NCBI GenBank assembly: GCA_000934665.2
Contig: KZ538014.1
Span: forward strand, 1 to 64,000
DNA: 64,000 nt
Direction: 5' to 3'
Source: Catajapyx aquilonaris
Taxonomy: Eukaryota
Below, in pieces: positions 1 through 14,769 of this stretch (positions are counted from its first letter, which is position 1; every line of letters begins with the position of its first letter). The notes beneath the pieces were generated by a model, which searched no databases, was not told the origin of the DNA, and was given only the letters and a program-made list of their open reading frames with translations. Position numbers and translations under genes: made by a program.

Positions 1-43
1 ATGGGGGGGGAAAGAGGGGGTGGTTAAAGGAACGTTTCTTCCA

Positions 44-67
44 GATTGGCCAATCAGGTTGACGTAA
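44..67. promoter_or_regulatory. Back-to-back CCAAT boxes plus CRE/ATF-like site
   Basis: GATTGGCCAATC (44-55) is a palindromic double CCAAT, followed by TGACGTAA (60-67). Motif evidence only, at the window edge. Confidence 0.3.
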
Positions 68-669
68 GTGGTCAGAGTGTTTATCTGTATGATTTGAGCA
101 GCCTGAAAAACATATGCAGGTGTTTTGCATTTTTATCAATTGTTTTGTTTAATGCTTACCTCGTGGTGTTAGATGTTGTCTAGACGAGTATGCCAAATGG
201 GTAGTACAAGTAGCTGTCACTTACAGAAACTGGCACGCAGTTGACGTATATTGTTATTTCAGCGACTTGATTTGAAATGGGAGGCCTATAAATTCAACTT
301 TTTTTGACATGATCTATAGCCCTTAACTCTATTTGCACATACAGATACGGTCAGTATGGCAGACATAATAGGTCAGTTGTTGACATAATTGGGATTTCTC
401 CCAATCGTCGTTTGGTCCTTGCTGGGTAGGCCTAGTAGTAAAAGCATTGTGTCAATATTTACCAAGTGTTTGGTAGTTGCACGCCACTTTTGGAAAATAC
501 TGTAATTAGTAAACATTTTAAACTTAATAATTAGCTACAAAATAACGAACAAGAAGTCATAGATTGATAGTGAAAAATTATTTTCCTATCCACTTTCGGC
601 AACAGCTCTTCCGACAAACCGCCGCTCCGTTGCACCACATTTTCAGAGACAAAATAAAAACACAACAAT

Positions 670-814
670 CAAGGGGGTAACCACTTCGGTACTCCAGTGT
701 ACACCTATACGAGCGGTACTCCCAGGTACTCCTCAGGTACCGTACCTCACTCTTTATTACTCCTTGGATTTGGTACTCTAGTGTACACTTTTCTGTCAAG
801 TGATTACCCCCTTG
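670..814. mobile_element. 145-bp MITE with 8-bp TSD (hAT or P superfamily)
   Basis: 17-bp TIRs CAAGGGGGTAACCACTT (670-686) / AAGTGATTACCCCCTTG (798-814), one mismatch; perfect flanking duplication ACAACAAT (662-669, 815-822); internal repeated GGTACTC motifs. Confidence 0.9.
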
Positions 815-3800
815 ACAACAATGGTAATGTCAACAGCAATAATTTAAGCAATATCTGGATTCAACAGCAATTTAAACAATATGTAGATTCAGCTGCAATT
901 AGATATGCCTGAGGATAAATGCGAATATAAACTATTTGCGTGCAGAATCGTTCTAAATGCATCATGGCATAAACGCAAAGAGTGTGTATATCAAGCGGCT
1001 TGTCTGCAGGTCTAATTGAATTACATTTTATCACGCATTTGCACAATTTATTAGCAGTAGGCATGCCAGAAAGCAAACGCCATTTTATCAGTCGCAAAAA
1101 TATGGAACGCATGGCCAGTCTAAAAACTAAATATAATTATCACCATCGAAACCTTGAGAAATCCTCATTTACAAATTAGAAAACCTAGCAATCTATTTTT
1201 TTTTTCATAGAAAGTATTTCAGGTTTCCAGAGATGAAATGAGGAAAGTTGCAAGTCTGGATTTGGCTGGATATGAAAGTTGCTCTGCCGAGTGCGACACG
1301 GATGCGGCTTCTCATTTGAACTTGGCCACACCTTTAGCATTGTCTGGTGTTTATACATGGAGGGTATAACAAATGAAGTGGGTAGGTGGTAGGGGAGGGA
1401 TGAGCAAAATGGGGGGGAGACTGCCGCCATTTGCAGACAGCAGGAGAGAGTTTTGCAAGGGCCAAACGCAGGGTCTCCTAGGGAGTTATAACAAACTTGC
1501 TTCAGACTTATAACTGTGTTTGCAAGAAATTAGGCAAACTTGACGGTCTCTCTAACTACCACTTTTCTTCCTGCTAAGATTGTTTCTTTCGGCTCTATTT
1601 TTGAGAGGGGGGGATGGAAGAACGGAGGCATATTTTTGGGATGAATCAGGCGAGAAGAAGAAGTGATGAGATTCACCAGAAACAAGAGTGGTTTTTGGCG
1701 CATATTAAACGCAGAGAAAACCCAGGGCTCTCGACAAATATTGTTCTCTTCACTCGCTGGAATAAAACCTGGGCTGCAGAGGAATTAAAGTAATAAGGAG
1801 TCTGATGGCACCTTTGTAATCATATTTAAGAGGATGTTAGACTTGGAGCGAAATGGGGTTCGGGTGTAAAGTTTGTGCTTATACTCCAACTGTTTTGTTT
1901 CTAACTCGTATAACCAACGGAAGTCAAGGTGCTTTATTTCTAATGTTGGAACACGACGAAATGTAGCAGGCTCTTCAATGGCAGGTAATTATCATTTTCT
2001 GGACACTTCTGAAATAAATCATCATACAGTTGAGACTAATATTTCAAAAAAAAGTAACATTATTTCTATATATAGGTGCCAGTATTTCACCCACATGATC
2101 CATGACTCAAGCAATTAAAATCAGTTCTATAACTATATTATTTACTATTTACGCGCCCATGTTTGGAGCGGAAACCGGCCGGCTTGTGCGGGGTCCCTTC
2201 AATTTTTAGGCGGCGTTATAGAGATGATCCGACATGATTTTTACAAGCCAGAACATCGCTTTTGTTCGTCTGCGGTCATAGTCAAGTGCAGCCAAGATCT
2301 TGTCTTCCTGACTGACTTAATAGGATGCGCACTATTTGGGCATAAAGGAAAGGAGCGAGTGCCAAAACACGAGGCGAACGGACATATTTGAAGTCTTGGC
2401 CGCCGCTGAAGAAAGGCCATCAGCAGTCAGAATGATGCTACTGAGTGACTGAATTATGACTCGGTGCGGCCTCTTCATGAAAAACATGGCGCCTGCAATT
2501 GTCCTTTTTGCGGCCGAGTCTGGCCGAGTTCCTTCATATGCAAATTCTTGGTTCATCACTACCATGTAGAGTGCCGCAGACGCTATTTTCGCCTAAAATT
2601 TACAGACCAAAAAAAAGATGAAAATAATTCAGTGCAATGGATATACGTGTTACTGTATATTGCAATAGGAGACATCCCAGGAGGAAAGTAGATGCAATGT
2701 AAGAAGTGTTTCCGTGCTGCCCATGCAAGTCCCAAAACTCGTCTCTTAGGAAATAGCTGGGGGGGGGGGGTCTTTCCCTGCAGATAGAAACTTGTGTTTA
2801 CTTGGCCAATCCCAAAGCACAGGGCAACCCGTTCGTTGGCCCTGTGCTATCTAATCAAGTTTGTCCCTCGCAAGTCGGTATCCACAGCCCGTGTCTGGTC
2901 ATGGCGCCCCCTCTTTTCTTGGAGAAAGCAAGGGGGAGGCTTCATATATGTACTGTATATCTACTGCGGCAAACTTTTCTTAATCCCCCCCACCTCCCCC
3001 TTCTAGCAACTCCTTCCTTTACCAAACTCCTTTTTCTTCGGGCCCAAATTGGAAGCGCGAGATGGCGTCATCCGCAACTTGCCCGTGGAATATAAGCAAG
3101 CAGAAAATTTGGTACGCTAGGCCTAGTACGGATCTCTCATTTTCCTTGATCCTTTGTCTGGCAAGCGAGCCAAGTTTGCTAAGCCAAGATGGGGTATGGC
3201 AGACCTCGCTCCAATCATCTATTTCTACTTTTTTTCACCTCTTTTCCCTCTTCCCACATCGTACTTCATACACAATGAGCTCTGCCGCAACTTTTGCTAT
3301 GCCAAAGAAGTTTCGACGACACTTTTAGGTGCCATATGTAAGAAGATTCTCCTTTTTTTTAGAGCTTAAAGTAGTTTCAAGTTTGCGAAGGTTCACCGCT
3401 CACAAAATTGCGAGGTTATATTTTTGCTATTTCCGTAGAGTCTATAGACCTGCTGGGTGGAAAAAGCTAGACGGTTTGCATGCTTTATACGTAGATTATA
3501 GGACAACTTCTATAGGTGTGTGCAATTAAATCTTACAGGAAATGCTAACACATATGGATTAAGCTGTATTAACCTGATCAGAAATATGCGGCAGTGCAAG
3601 CACAAAATAAAATGGTCTCTTTTTAGAGAGGGTTCATATTACACATTCATGCAGAATTTTGTGATTATAGGTATGTTTTACTTTTGACATAAAGTAATGT
3701 GCACATCTCGTAACTATGCAGAATATTATGTTAACGTTTGCCAAATATCATAGATTATGCTTTGGGAATATCTCGGCATAATATATGGTTGATTTTATAC

Positions 3801-6800
3801 ATTTAAATTATGTGTATTCGGAATCTTATTGTACTATCATGACAAAATGATTTTGAAATCAGCTGTTATATTTGCTGTCACTCAACATTCCTGTAATTCT
3901 GTAATTTACGACATTTGTGAGGTTTTATAACAGTTATCCAAAGAATAATGAAATCTTGTAATCATACGGACTATTCCAGAAAAACTTGTTATTATTATCC
4001 TGTATGTAAATTCTAGGTGTTTCTTATTATTTTGTTATAATTATTTTAGGCCAATAAATTATGAGGCCACATAAAATTTGCACTTTTTATAACTATTCGA
4101 GTAGGTCTACTGTGTCTCTAGTTATCAAGTCTTTAAATCACGAAAGGTTTGATTCACAAATGCCAGACAGGGAAGAATTTCTTTTCATGTCTAAAGATTA
4201 AATTGATCGAATCAAGCAACATTAGTCGTACTCCGCTATGATTGATTCATCATAACTCTGTAGAATTCAGTGCGTAATTCATTTATAGTAGCCGACAAAA
4301 TATAATCACGAAATGTGAATGTCTTAGGCCACACTACTATATCACATTTTGTTTGTTGGAATCATTAATATTATTTTACCTCCCAGCATGAACTTTATTT
4401 TATAAACAATCTTAGATCCTGTACATGTACAGTGCTCTTTGGTAAATACTTGTAAAATATTGTTGCAGCAAAGAATATTAGAAACATGTGGCACGTATAT
4501 TTGCAGCACATTTGAATGTCCGTAAATATTTCATTGCACTGCACTGCACTGATTGAGAAAGTACACCACATGCTAGAAGTTCACTCTAATGTAATTATTA
4601 TATGAGGACTTCATAAGTTAAAATATTTCCGCATATGAATTTTTGAAATGATATTTATAAACTTCTTTCATACCTCGTAATTATACTATAGGCCAAAAAC
4701 AGCATATAACATCAAAGAGGGATGGAATGGCAGCCGTGCTTGTAGAATATTATAAAAAATTGCCTGCGCACTCTGCACAGGATATGCGCTGGTCACATGC
4801 AGAGAACAGACACTTTAAAAACCCTAACAATATCTACAAATTAAGCGACTTCACCATGCTTTAGGCTGGATTTCCATAAGGATCGTCTTACACGTCATAA
4901 ATAACAAATATTCAGAAAGGTATTAGTTACATAAAGCCGGCAGCACACCCAGCAGACTGAACACAAGAATTTTCGTTGGGCCGAAACTCATATAACCTTC
5001 TGAGTTCTTGTAACGCAACCCTGAGCTATACAAAAGCTTGCAGCGTCTATACAACCCACGCCTGACATTTTCGCATGGTAATAAATGCACAATATTTTGC
5101 AGTTACTTTGACATGGCTTTGCCACCAGGGTGCTGATGTGCCAATATATCAGAGAAGAAACTGAGTTGGATGAGTTTTTTGTGAGAATTTATTCCCACCT
5201 CTGGCATGACATAGACAGCTGGTCATTTTTAGATATGTTAATTAGAGTGACGCACCTCATGCACACGTATACCGCTGAAAGAAATGAAACTATTTAAAAT
5301 ATACAGACGTGTAGACTATACTTACAAACTAAAATATCTGATTAGGCCTACTTCAGAATATATGTTGCAAAATGTTACAGTCCGGATTTACTTCAGGAAA
5401 CTCTTTTATGGCGATTATTATAAGATCAAATATTGCTCAACTTCATTTTTGAAATTGAAGGTTAAGCCAAGAAATCACCATATATATTTAAAGCAGTATG
5501 CGGTGTACTGTACCAAATACAAAGTCATATGTCTGCCACTCTTGATTATAAAATGCACTGTTTATATATTCAAAATTTCTGGAAATTTTATGCGCAGAAT
5601 TATTAGCCTTACACGATTCAGATTTCGTTGGTGGCTTATAGGCCTATTATTTTAAGATAAAATAATTAGTGCAATTTCCAGACAGGGGTGAGATAGATCT
5701 AGACCTATGTCAGGATGGTCACTTCACGCTATATAAAAATTCATATTGGAAAATGCATAAATAAATATATTTGTACGGAAAATATAATATAATATTTTTT
5801 AATAAGTTATAGTATACACAAGAAAGGATCATTTGATATTGCCTTTTCATTTACACCTATAACAGTATTCATTTGTTGCCTCATGCTATTGTTACAATAA
5901 ATTAGTTTAGAATTATTCCTTATACTGCTGTGCTGTAATTTACTGGCGAGAGTTTCAGGATGACCAACTGATTCATGCAGTATAATTACGATTCAGTGAA
6001 TCTCTGTCAAATAACCTTATATGCAGAAACCAGCATGTCAAAATTGCATTCTCTATATTGTAAGTTTGTAACTAATATCTATCAGTTTATACAGCACCTC
6101 ACAAGGTAGTAAATAACTCTCGAAATAATATTCACTGTTGTTTTTAATTTGCAGAGTATTACAACAGGCTGCACCTAAATCCAGTAGGCCTATAATATCA
6201 ACAATTTGTGACTCTTTGAATCTCATTGTTTAATTATTTTTATTGCATCAGCCTTGTGAGTCTTCCCTTCTACTCTCACTTATAAAATATGACCCCCCAA
6301 TGTTATGCTTCACATGTTTCAAAAACCATCATCCTCAGTAATTTTGATGTACACGAACTGCTTTGATAACAAAAATTGCAGGCTGTCACTACCCGCACAT
6401 AATGATGTTGATGCATCCTGTTAGTTATTAGCACCATAGAGGTGTGCCAGGAAATTATCTGGACCCTGCGTAAGAGCAGCCTAAAGCGAAAGTCAAGCAT
6501 AGCCCGGGCCTTGGGTTGTGCTTCAAGGCCTAATGTGCGGACATGAAAATGCTTTCCGGCTCCAATGAATCCGAAAGGTTAGGAGTAGCTTTTTTTTCTT
6601 GAGTAATTTCCCGTGTCTAGTGCAGGATGGGAAAGCTTCCGTCCAAAAGAAAGGCAGAGGACAGGATCATGTCTTCGGGGTAACCCTGAAGAATGAGACA
6701 GGCGGGTGATTGGCAAGGAGCTCGGCAGAGTGGAATATGGAATTTCCTCCTGGCCCGTTCCATACACAGGCGCCTGCGCTTCTTATCCTCCTAATAGTCG

Positions 6801-9800
6801 AATCAACTGAAAGGAACAAAAAACAGCCTTTCTTAATCATACTGTAGGTTATGTAACCTGCCTGAACATGCCGCAGTACATTACGTTGCAGTGCTGCAGT
6901 TGAACGCAATGTTCGGGGGGCAAGGAAATGCTGTCATTTGTAAAAGCACCGGTGCCATGTAAATGTCCAACCTGGTTGCGCTGTTTGTGCAAACTCCAGC
7001 AGAGTACACTATTTGCCGAGCACTGATTATAAGGGCGGTGGAGACTGCAAAAGGAGGCGACCGTTGTGCTGATGGCGGTCGTATTTGGGACGCCTCGAAT
7101 GAGATTGTGGTTGTTATTTTGGGAACGGTGCTACCACTGCTTCAAACTTGGACCCCCTCCCCCTATACCCTGGCATCTTACGGAAAGGAAACCTTCCCTC
7201 GGTCGTATTTTTATTACTGCATATGCGTATAGGATTAATTTTGGAGCTGAGTGGCTCTCCTTCTCTCCGTGTATGCTCCGCCATCTAATCTGGAGCCAAC
7301 AGCAGGGAAATGGCAGTGGGCAAATTTGGTATGCCGCATGCAGAAGGCAAAGTCGTATGTTGTTTGTTCCCTGCAGCGCAGTCTGCCTTTGCCATTCGGC
7401 CACCAGATCGCGCAGGCTATATACCCACCCCCGCCAGCATCCGGGTCTTATTTTGGGGGAAGCGCTAGCTGTCTTGATCAAACAAAGGCTGCCTGCCCAT
7501 TATATTCAAGGTAGTAAACATTTTCCGGATGTACTGTCGTAAAATTTTGACAAGGAGTGGGGGGTGGCATGATTTTGAAGGGGACTGTCGCCCGAAACAT
7601 GCGATTCTATGCAAGTTTGTGTGCTCTTGTTATTTTGGTTATTTATTGTGTCAGTTGGTTTGTCTATAGCATGATTTCCGTATGATATATTTTGTTGGGG
7701 ATGTTGCTTGGGGACAATTTTTGAAAGTGATGTCTTTACTGTTTAATGTTGTTATATTGTCATTGTCCAACATGCTGCGATACTCCACAGTGAATTTATT
7801 TTTATATGTAAATGACGTAAGATATACAAATAATTGCATTTGTAATAATTCTCACGTAGGCAGCATTGCAAAAGTATACAGTTCTGTCATGTACATAACA
7901 TTGCTAAATTCGCATTATTAGTGTTACCAAAATGCGAAATACTCTTACCTGAATTATACTGGTGTTAGTGTGTCAATATTACAGGATAAAGATGCTATTT
8001 ACCATGTAATTTGAAAGTAGAGTATTGAGGTAATATTTTTAATCATGTTTCGTCCTAAAATAGAATGTGAATAATTTACATGGTAATTACAAGTGTCTTC
8101 AGAAAATGTTTGCTGTTACGAAAATCACACTACGGATACTGCACTATATTGCAGTGTTTTCTCAATATATTATTACTGGGAATTTATAATAACAGGTGTC
8201 TGTTGCTATTATTAAATTTGGAAACTCTTACATCGTTACATGATATATGGAAAACTATTTTTGTTTAGAGCAATCATTTGTAGTGTATAGGCCTATAATC
8301 CCGTGTATTTGAGAGTTGTCGCAAATTATTCTCAGTATTGTGACGAGTCGCTAACATACAGTATAAAATAATGGATACATTTTCTCAAAAATAAATCTAA
8401 CTCTTTATATTCCTGGAACATTTCTTGCTTGCATGGGAACGACAATAATTTTTACAACCCTAGAGTTGCACGCAGGGGTACACTAGCTATGTTTATACAT
8501 GTTATAGAGGCCTAGTATAAAAAAGAAGTTTTCGTGATAAAGGATGACACGCATATTACACATAAAAATTGGCGATTTTTTGTGTGCCCCAGACTGGCCT
8601 TTCCTGATTCAAATCTAGTCATTGACCTTCTCGATTATGTGACATTTTCCATCAAGGACGACAGTGTCTGTCCTCTACAATGCAATCTTTCGAGATATAC
8701 GAAGTTATCCAAACAACGCCAACTGCCACAGCCAAGCAATGTAATAAACCTGATTGGATTATTGCGACTCTAATTTTCCTTACGCTCAAAGTCTTATTGT
8801 TGGCAGAAAGTCTGGATTTCTGTGGTGATTTAGTGTGTCGTCCATTTGGCAGAAGACCCGAGCTAGTTAGACCAATGTTTACAATATTGCTGACAAACCG
8901 AGAGTTAAGGTGGGGGGTCTGGCAGCAGGATGGAGAATGTCAGAAGGGTTTGGAGTAAAAAAAAAAAGTCAAGTGCAATGATGCAGCTGATTGAGTCGAC
9001 CTGAAACAGTAGGCTCAATAACCCAAAACTGATTGCAGCCTCCCACTTTATCCAAATTACCTATATAAAAAAGGCAAAGGGTCAAGTAGGGCAATAATGC
9101 TGGGATTGGCAGCTCCTGGGGTCCGGCACTGAACCGGATCCGACTTTTTTCACATTTGGTGCCCAGAACTTTTTTTTTCTTCAGCGATATGAAGGAGAAG
9201 TAGATGTGCAGTATGGCGTAGGGTTGTAGCCGTTAGTACTCAGGGCACGAGGCAGGGGGCCGTTTGTTCCCCAAGTGGATGAGTGAACGTGGCCTAGGCA
9301 TAGACCCCCCTTCTTCTTCCTCAACCAATCACTTTTCCCCGTGAAAGTAAGGGGGAGAAAAAAAAGGGAAGGTAGAAAAAATACGGAGCAGAGTCGCCGT
9401 TTGTCCTCCAGGCGACGCCCATTTTCTTGGCAGGCCCCGAGCTCTAATGATGGCACGGGGGGCCCTTCATTCCATTTTCTGTGCGGCCGCCCTCGGGATG
9501 TGTTAGAGTGGGAGGTTGGGTGGATGGCTTGGAAAGGTTTTTTGGAAGGCCCAGGCAAGCTCCCTTCTCCGCCAGACAATGCCCCCTCATTACAATCTTC
9601 ATGGCTCCACCTTGTGCAAGCCTGGAGAAACTCTTTCTGCACGTGGCTCTCCTATCTTTTGCCAGGCTAACGAGATTCCCGTCACACAGTCGGATAAGCT
9701 TACCCCCCCCCCCNTCTTCTTCTTTCCCCCCCTCCATGTTCTCTACTCGAGGCGTAGATTTCGGAGCCTCTCCAACTTTTAGGACCGGACCTTATTGCCA

Positions 9801-10039
9801 GACTGCTCTCGAGCTCTCTCTGGCTGTGTGTCGCGCACCACTGCCGACACACTCACCGGAGATGTGCTCTGACCCTATATATGCATAGCCTATATTCTTC
9901 CTTGATGGGAATCCACCCTCACTTCCCCGCTTGAATAACACGTGGCGTGCTCTCGGGGAAAAGGCTTTTTCTTTTTTGGGGAAGGTCCTTTCACATCACC
10001 TCTACCACCCCCGCCTTTTTTTCGGCCTTTTCTTGAGGG

Positions 10040-10133
10040 CCAATGGCGCCGGAGCCACGATTATGTCCCCTGAGGAAGGCCAATCGCCAATCAAGGCCCC
10101 ACACCTTTAGTCATGAGCTTCCTACTGCCCAAT
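10040..10133 (+). promoter_or_regulatory. Cluster of four same-strand CCAAT motifs in a GC-rich block
   Basis: CCAAT at 10040, 10080, 10087 and 10129. Confidence 0.25.
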
Positions 10134-13100
10134 CCCAAGCCCATTTTCCGGCCTTCAATTTACTGATTACCGGGACTTTGAAAGGAAGTCTGGCCATGGC
10201 TCACTAACTTGAAGATCGGGAGGGTTCGGGTTATTCCAGCATTTCTTTGCAGCTGGGATATGGACTTAACGAGAGTCCGCTGGATAAGTTAAGAAGGTTT
10301 TTAATATGTGGGGAGTAAATGGAGATTAAAGTGCAAAAGAAAAGGAAACATACCGGTACAGTACAAGCGTGTTAGGGTTCGACAGTATTGCAGCCGTGGT
10401 TGGTGGATGTCATAATTTTGTAAAGCTCAGGCTTGTTATGATCTACCGGGGGGGGGGGGNGGGGGGGGGGGGAATCCATATACAACAATAGTGCATTTGA
10501 ATTTAGAGTGGACTGTACCCAGTACCTGGTGTCCAACAAGAATTGTCGCAGCTCTTGTTGGGCTGATAGTACATGAACATATTTGTAAGCCTGGTATGGG
10601 TTGGAAGTTTAAGCAATGCTGGAAGTGCTGCAGTGATTTTGATTAAATTATACTTCTGGTTATTGCAATTCCGGACTGGAATGATTTTTTTACATACTAT
10701 ACGTAGACTACATTTTATTAAGCACATAAACTGGTCTGATAGTGCCATTCTTTGCATAATTTCATACATACTCGTATTTATATTTATTATTGTCTGTACA
10801 ATAGTTTGCAGTTCCTATTATGCACTTGTGCATAATAGGAACTAGAAAATTTAAATCGGTTGCAAAAGCCTCGGCAGGTAGCTTCATCAGCGATATGAAA
10901 TTAGGCACGTGTAATTGCAGCTGCGACGCAACTATACATGCTATATTACATTGCTGCTACATTTGTCTATGGCTCAAGATTAATTTTAATCACATGCATA
11001 TTGAGCGTTCATGCTCTTTCCACTATACCAAATGTAATTACGTGAACAATAGGTTATTAAGAAGTTGCAAAATTGTCAACGAATAAATATTCCCTTGCAC
11101 TTTCGTTTAACTGATATTGTTCAGGGTCAGATGAAGATGCTGCATTATGTTGATGTGTGTTTAACCTCAAAAAATTGCTGGTCGTTTGACGTATAGGTCT
11201 ACTCTATTGACTATCTTCCACATTTTTAAAAATATATTAACTCGTACATGATTTTGATAGTTTCTTTCAAACTACATTTTGAAAATACCGGCGCAAGTAC
11301 AATAATTTATAATCCCGCACAAAGGATTCCGCCAAGCAAGTCGACGCATTGCTGTCGTTGATATTTACTCAGGCCTCGCCATTTCCGCGTAGCGGCTTTT
11401 GTTCTAAGTTATACTGTTGAGTTGCCATACACTGCACAGAATCCACAAGCTGTCGAGAAGAAACGGAAGTTCAACCAAAAGATCTTGTGCAAAGCAATTT
11501 TGTAAATAGGCCTCCGGCTGTTCCTTGGACTCCCAACAGTGGCGGCCATTCCGATTCTTTGCATGGTATAGGGCGATCTATCTGAGACATGGCGAAACAA
11601 ATAGCTCCGGCAGCCACATTTAGCTTGGTTAATTGCTGAAAATGACGACAGAGTAATAAACGTATAATGTGATGAACGACCTTTTCCTATTCTTGAGTCG
11701 GGAAGGTCGATCGGATGGATGAGTTTGAATGTGTCCCGGCACTTGACAGACGACTTTTCCAACTCGTCATCCCCCCGTTATGCAATGCGGAGTAAGTGGC
11801 CTCGTAAAATGCGCTGTAATGTACTCTTCGGTAGTAGATAAACACAAGGAGGTCTATGTTACTGCACGAGCCGCTCGGGAAGCCTATAAAAGCATGGAAG
11901 GTCATGTTTACTGCTCTTCAGTGGTGGCCCACTCATCGGGCAGTGGTTTGCAATTGCGAGATAAGTGGATATGTTTTTACTGGTTTTAAATTTGAGTTTG
12001 GACTCGACGTAATGGCTGGCCTGAATGATTAAAAAGGGGAAGTCGAAAAGAAAGAGACCGTTGTCTGATCCCCATGATGGATCTGGAGGAAGCGAGTTCG
12101 TTTAATTTTTCACTGATGCGAGCCTTCATTACTAGTATACACAACAATCGAATTTGAAGGCTGTAAAAGTTGGGGCAAAGCATGTGTATGGGCCAAAGGG
12201 GAACGCTGGCTGCACGCAGGGAACTTATTGGACATGGAAATACAGCTACCAGTCTGACTTTTATTCGGGGCAAGGAAACGGAAACACGTAGTGACGTTTC
12301 ATAAGTGAGTGCTATGTTTTGATAGAGCCGGAGTGGTTTGCATAATTCAACTCGGTGCTTTTCCACCGTGACCGACCGTGGGTGGGTGGGTGGAGTGGGG
12401 GAAGTAAATAAATATAAGGTGTGAGAGACTTGCATCATTCTCAGCTGCTGGCTCATATATACACGGCAGAGGAAAAGGAGTCTTCATCTTGGTGCAAGGA
12501 AAAGTGTCCCCAGCAGACCAGAGCATGTCCATTCTTGTTAAGGTTGTGGGGGAAGGTGGAGGGAAAGTAGGAGACGTTCCCCGCAGTGCCATTTTATGCC
12601 GGATCTTATTGTTGCTCTAGATCCAAATAGGCCAAGGAGGACCCAGGGAAATTTGACTTGGGGAGGGAGGGAGACTCTGAAGGTTGGCCGAAGGATCATG
12701 TGATGGAGCGCAGGCTACAAGATGGAAGGTGATTTCGAGGTAAATTGCCTCTCCGCCAGAAACGACTCCGACTGCATCATTCGCTCATTCAATTATCTCT
12801 GGAATATATTCATCATCATAATCCGTCGTTCCTCATTCGATTTATCTGCCAATCGCCTGGCTGCACTTCGTTAGGCCTATATTATTAGATCTGATGGCGG
12901 AAAGAAAATTAATAGCCACACGATCCAGCACGTCACCAATGTATACTCGATATGGGGTGAGGTTGGCCATGACACGTTTTGGAATTTGACAGATTCCACT
13001 TGTCTGCTTATGACCCGAGGGGTTTATGGGCACCTTGTGTAAATGAATCGCCTGTATATATAGAGGATGCCTAATTTTCTCTTGCAAATATTTGATTGCA

Positions 13101-14522
13101 GATGTTGAGGAATGTTGCATATTTAGGTGCACTTGACTGCATTATAGTAGCTTGTATTGCACTGCCTTTTCAATTTTCAATAAGGTTAGTTATTTAATTA
13201 CAAATTTTGTGACATTTATTTTTATGAAGAATCAGTTTGCACCCTATTTTGTGTTTCCTTAGAACTCCAGAACATCAGGTGGCCATAGCGCATTGAGACG
13301 ATCATATAATATCCGTTGACTTTAATATTCCAGTAAGCCAAAGGGTTGTGCATATTTGAATTTAAATGTCATAAATGCTATTTTTATCTAGGAATAAGTA
13401 GCCTAGACCCTAGAGTCATGGAGAATTATTATGTCCGTATAAGTGGCGACGGGCTAGAAGTATTTTGTGTTCCCGCTTTCTATATACACACCATATACTG
13501 ATGGGAAGTCTTTTGTATACCTTTCACTAAGACTGTCAATAATGAGTTATTGTGTGTGCATTACGCGTTTTCGATTGAATATCCCTCATTTGAATGGTTG
13601 CCACATTGTACAACCAGGATTGCAATCATTGATTGTGTGATCTATCACACTATGCCTATACTGCCAGTGAACACAAGCAATTATAAAAATTTATCAATTC
13701 GTAACATTACCTAATAAAAATTACATACAAGTCATGCATTTGAAGTTCAAAAGGTTGGACATTTGATATTTTTAGTGTATATATTTCTCAGTTGGCAAAA
13801 GTATAGGCAAAAAATTATCCGAAACCGATCTTGGAACAGATCCATTCTGGCAGCAGTCACTATAATTATGATTTATAGTGGTTGAGATTGTTGCATGTCC
13901 AACGGGAGCGCCGTAGTTACCTGTCAGACATGGAACTAATGCATGTCCTGTACCATATCCTGATATAAGATTATTGATATAGGCCTAAACATATCAGAAG
14001 TTCCAATATTTGCAAATTGCCTTTGAGGGCATTTTTACAGCATGTGTAATACATTGTTTGTCAGAGATATTGCAATGCACTTGGCGTACATTTGTCAAAA
14101 GTTATTCTACAGAAAATAATAAAAACACCCCAAAAGTATTCTCATCTGGGCCAAAACGACAAAATCTGCATATAGGCTTGTTATGTTGTTATCGATTCTA
14201 TCTGGCCGACATTGGTGACATTGAAAGTATTAAATATTTCCCATATGCTTCAACTATTGAATTTCCACATTCTTCCTTACTTTTAATATTAATAACCAAT
14301 GTGGGCTTTAGCTCCTTTGGAATAAATAGAAGATGCATTAAAAATTCTTGCTTATTCAGGTTATTTTGTTAGGCTATAATATGTATAGAGACGGAAAGGC
14401 GCCATCTTTATACGTTATTCAAGCTGAAATATATTTAAAATAAAGCTCTCTGAAAATTACTCCTATCTCAAAAGGAACGAACATATACTATTCCAATATC
14501 AGTGATCGAATTGACATTTGAA

Positions 14523-14769
14523 GAGGCGGATTCGAAAGTCCCCTAAGTCAATTATTGTTGTTTTGAAAAATTTTAAATCGTTGCTGGCATCAATAACATG
14601 GGCTTATATGGAATTTGAGAAAACTCTATGATTTTTGCGCTTGGGGTTAGGGACATTTGCTGTTTTCTGACCTCGGGAGGAGGTGGGGAGTTCCATAAGC
14701 TACCAATAGATGTCATCAGCTCATTTTTCATGAAAATGGACTTAGGGGACTTTGGATTAGAATCCCATC
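14523..14769. mobile_element. Degenerate ~250-bp MITE, possibly Sola-like
   Basis: Perfect 15-bp inverted repeat AAAGTCCCCTAAGTC (14535-14549) / GACTTAGGGGACTTT (14739-14753), extending imperfectly outward (GGATTC/GAATCC). Exact ends and TSD uncertain. Confidence 0.6.

Noticed and set aside
687..790. Short GGTACTC repeats resembling a CRISPR or iteron array
   Set aside because: Irregular spacing, inside a TIR/TSD-bounded MITE, eukaryotic context, no cas genes.
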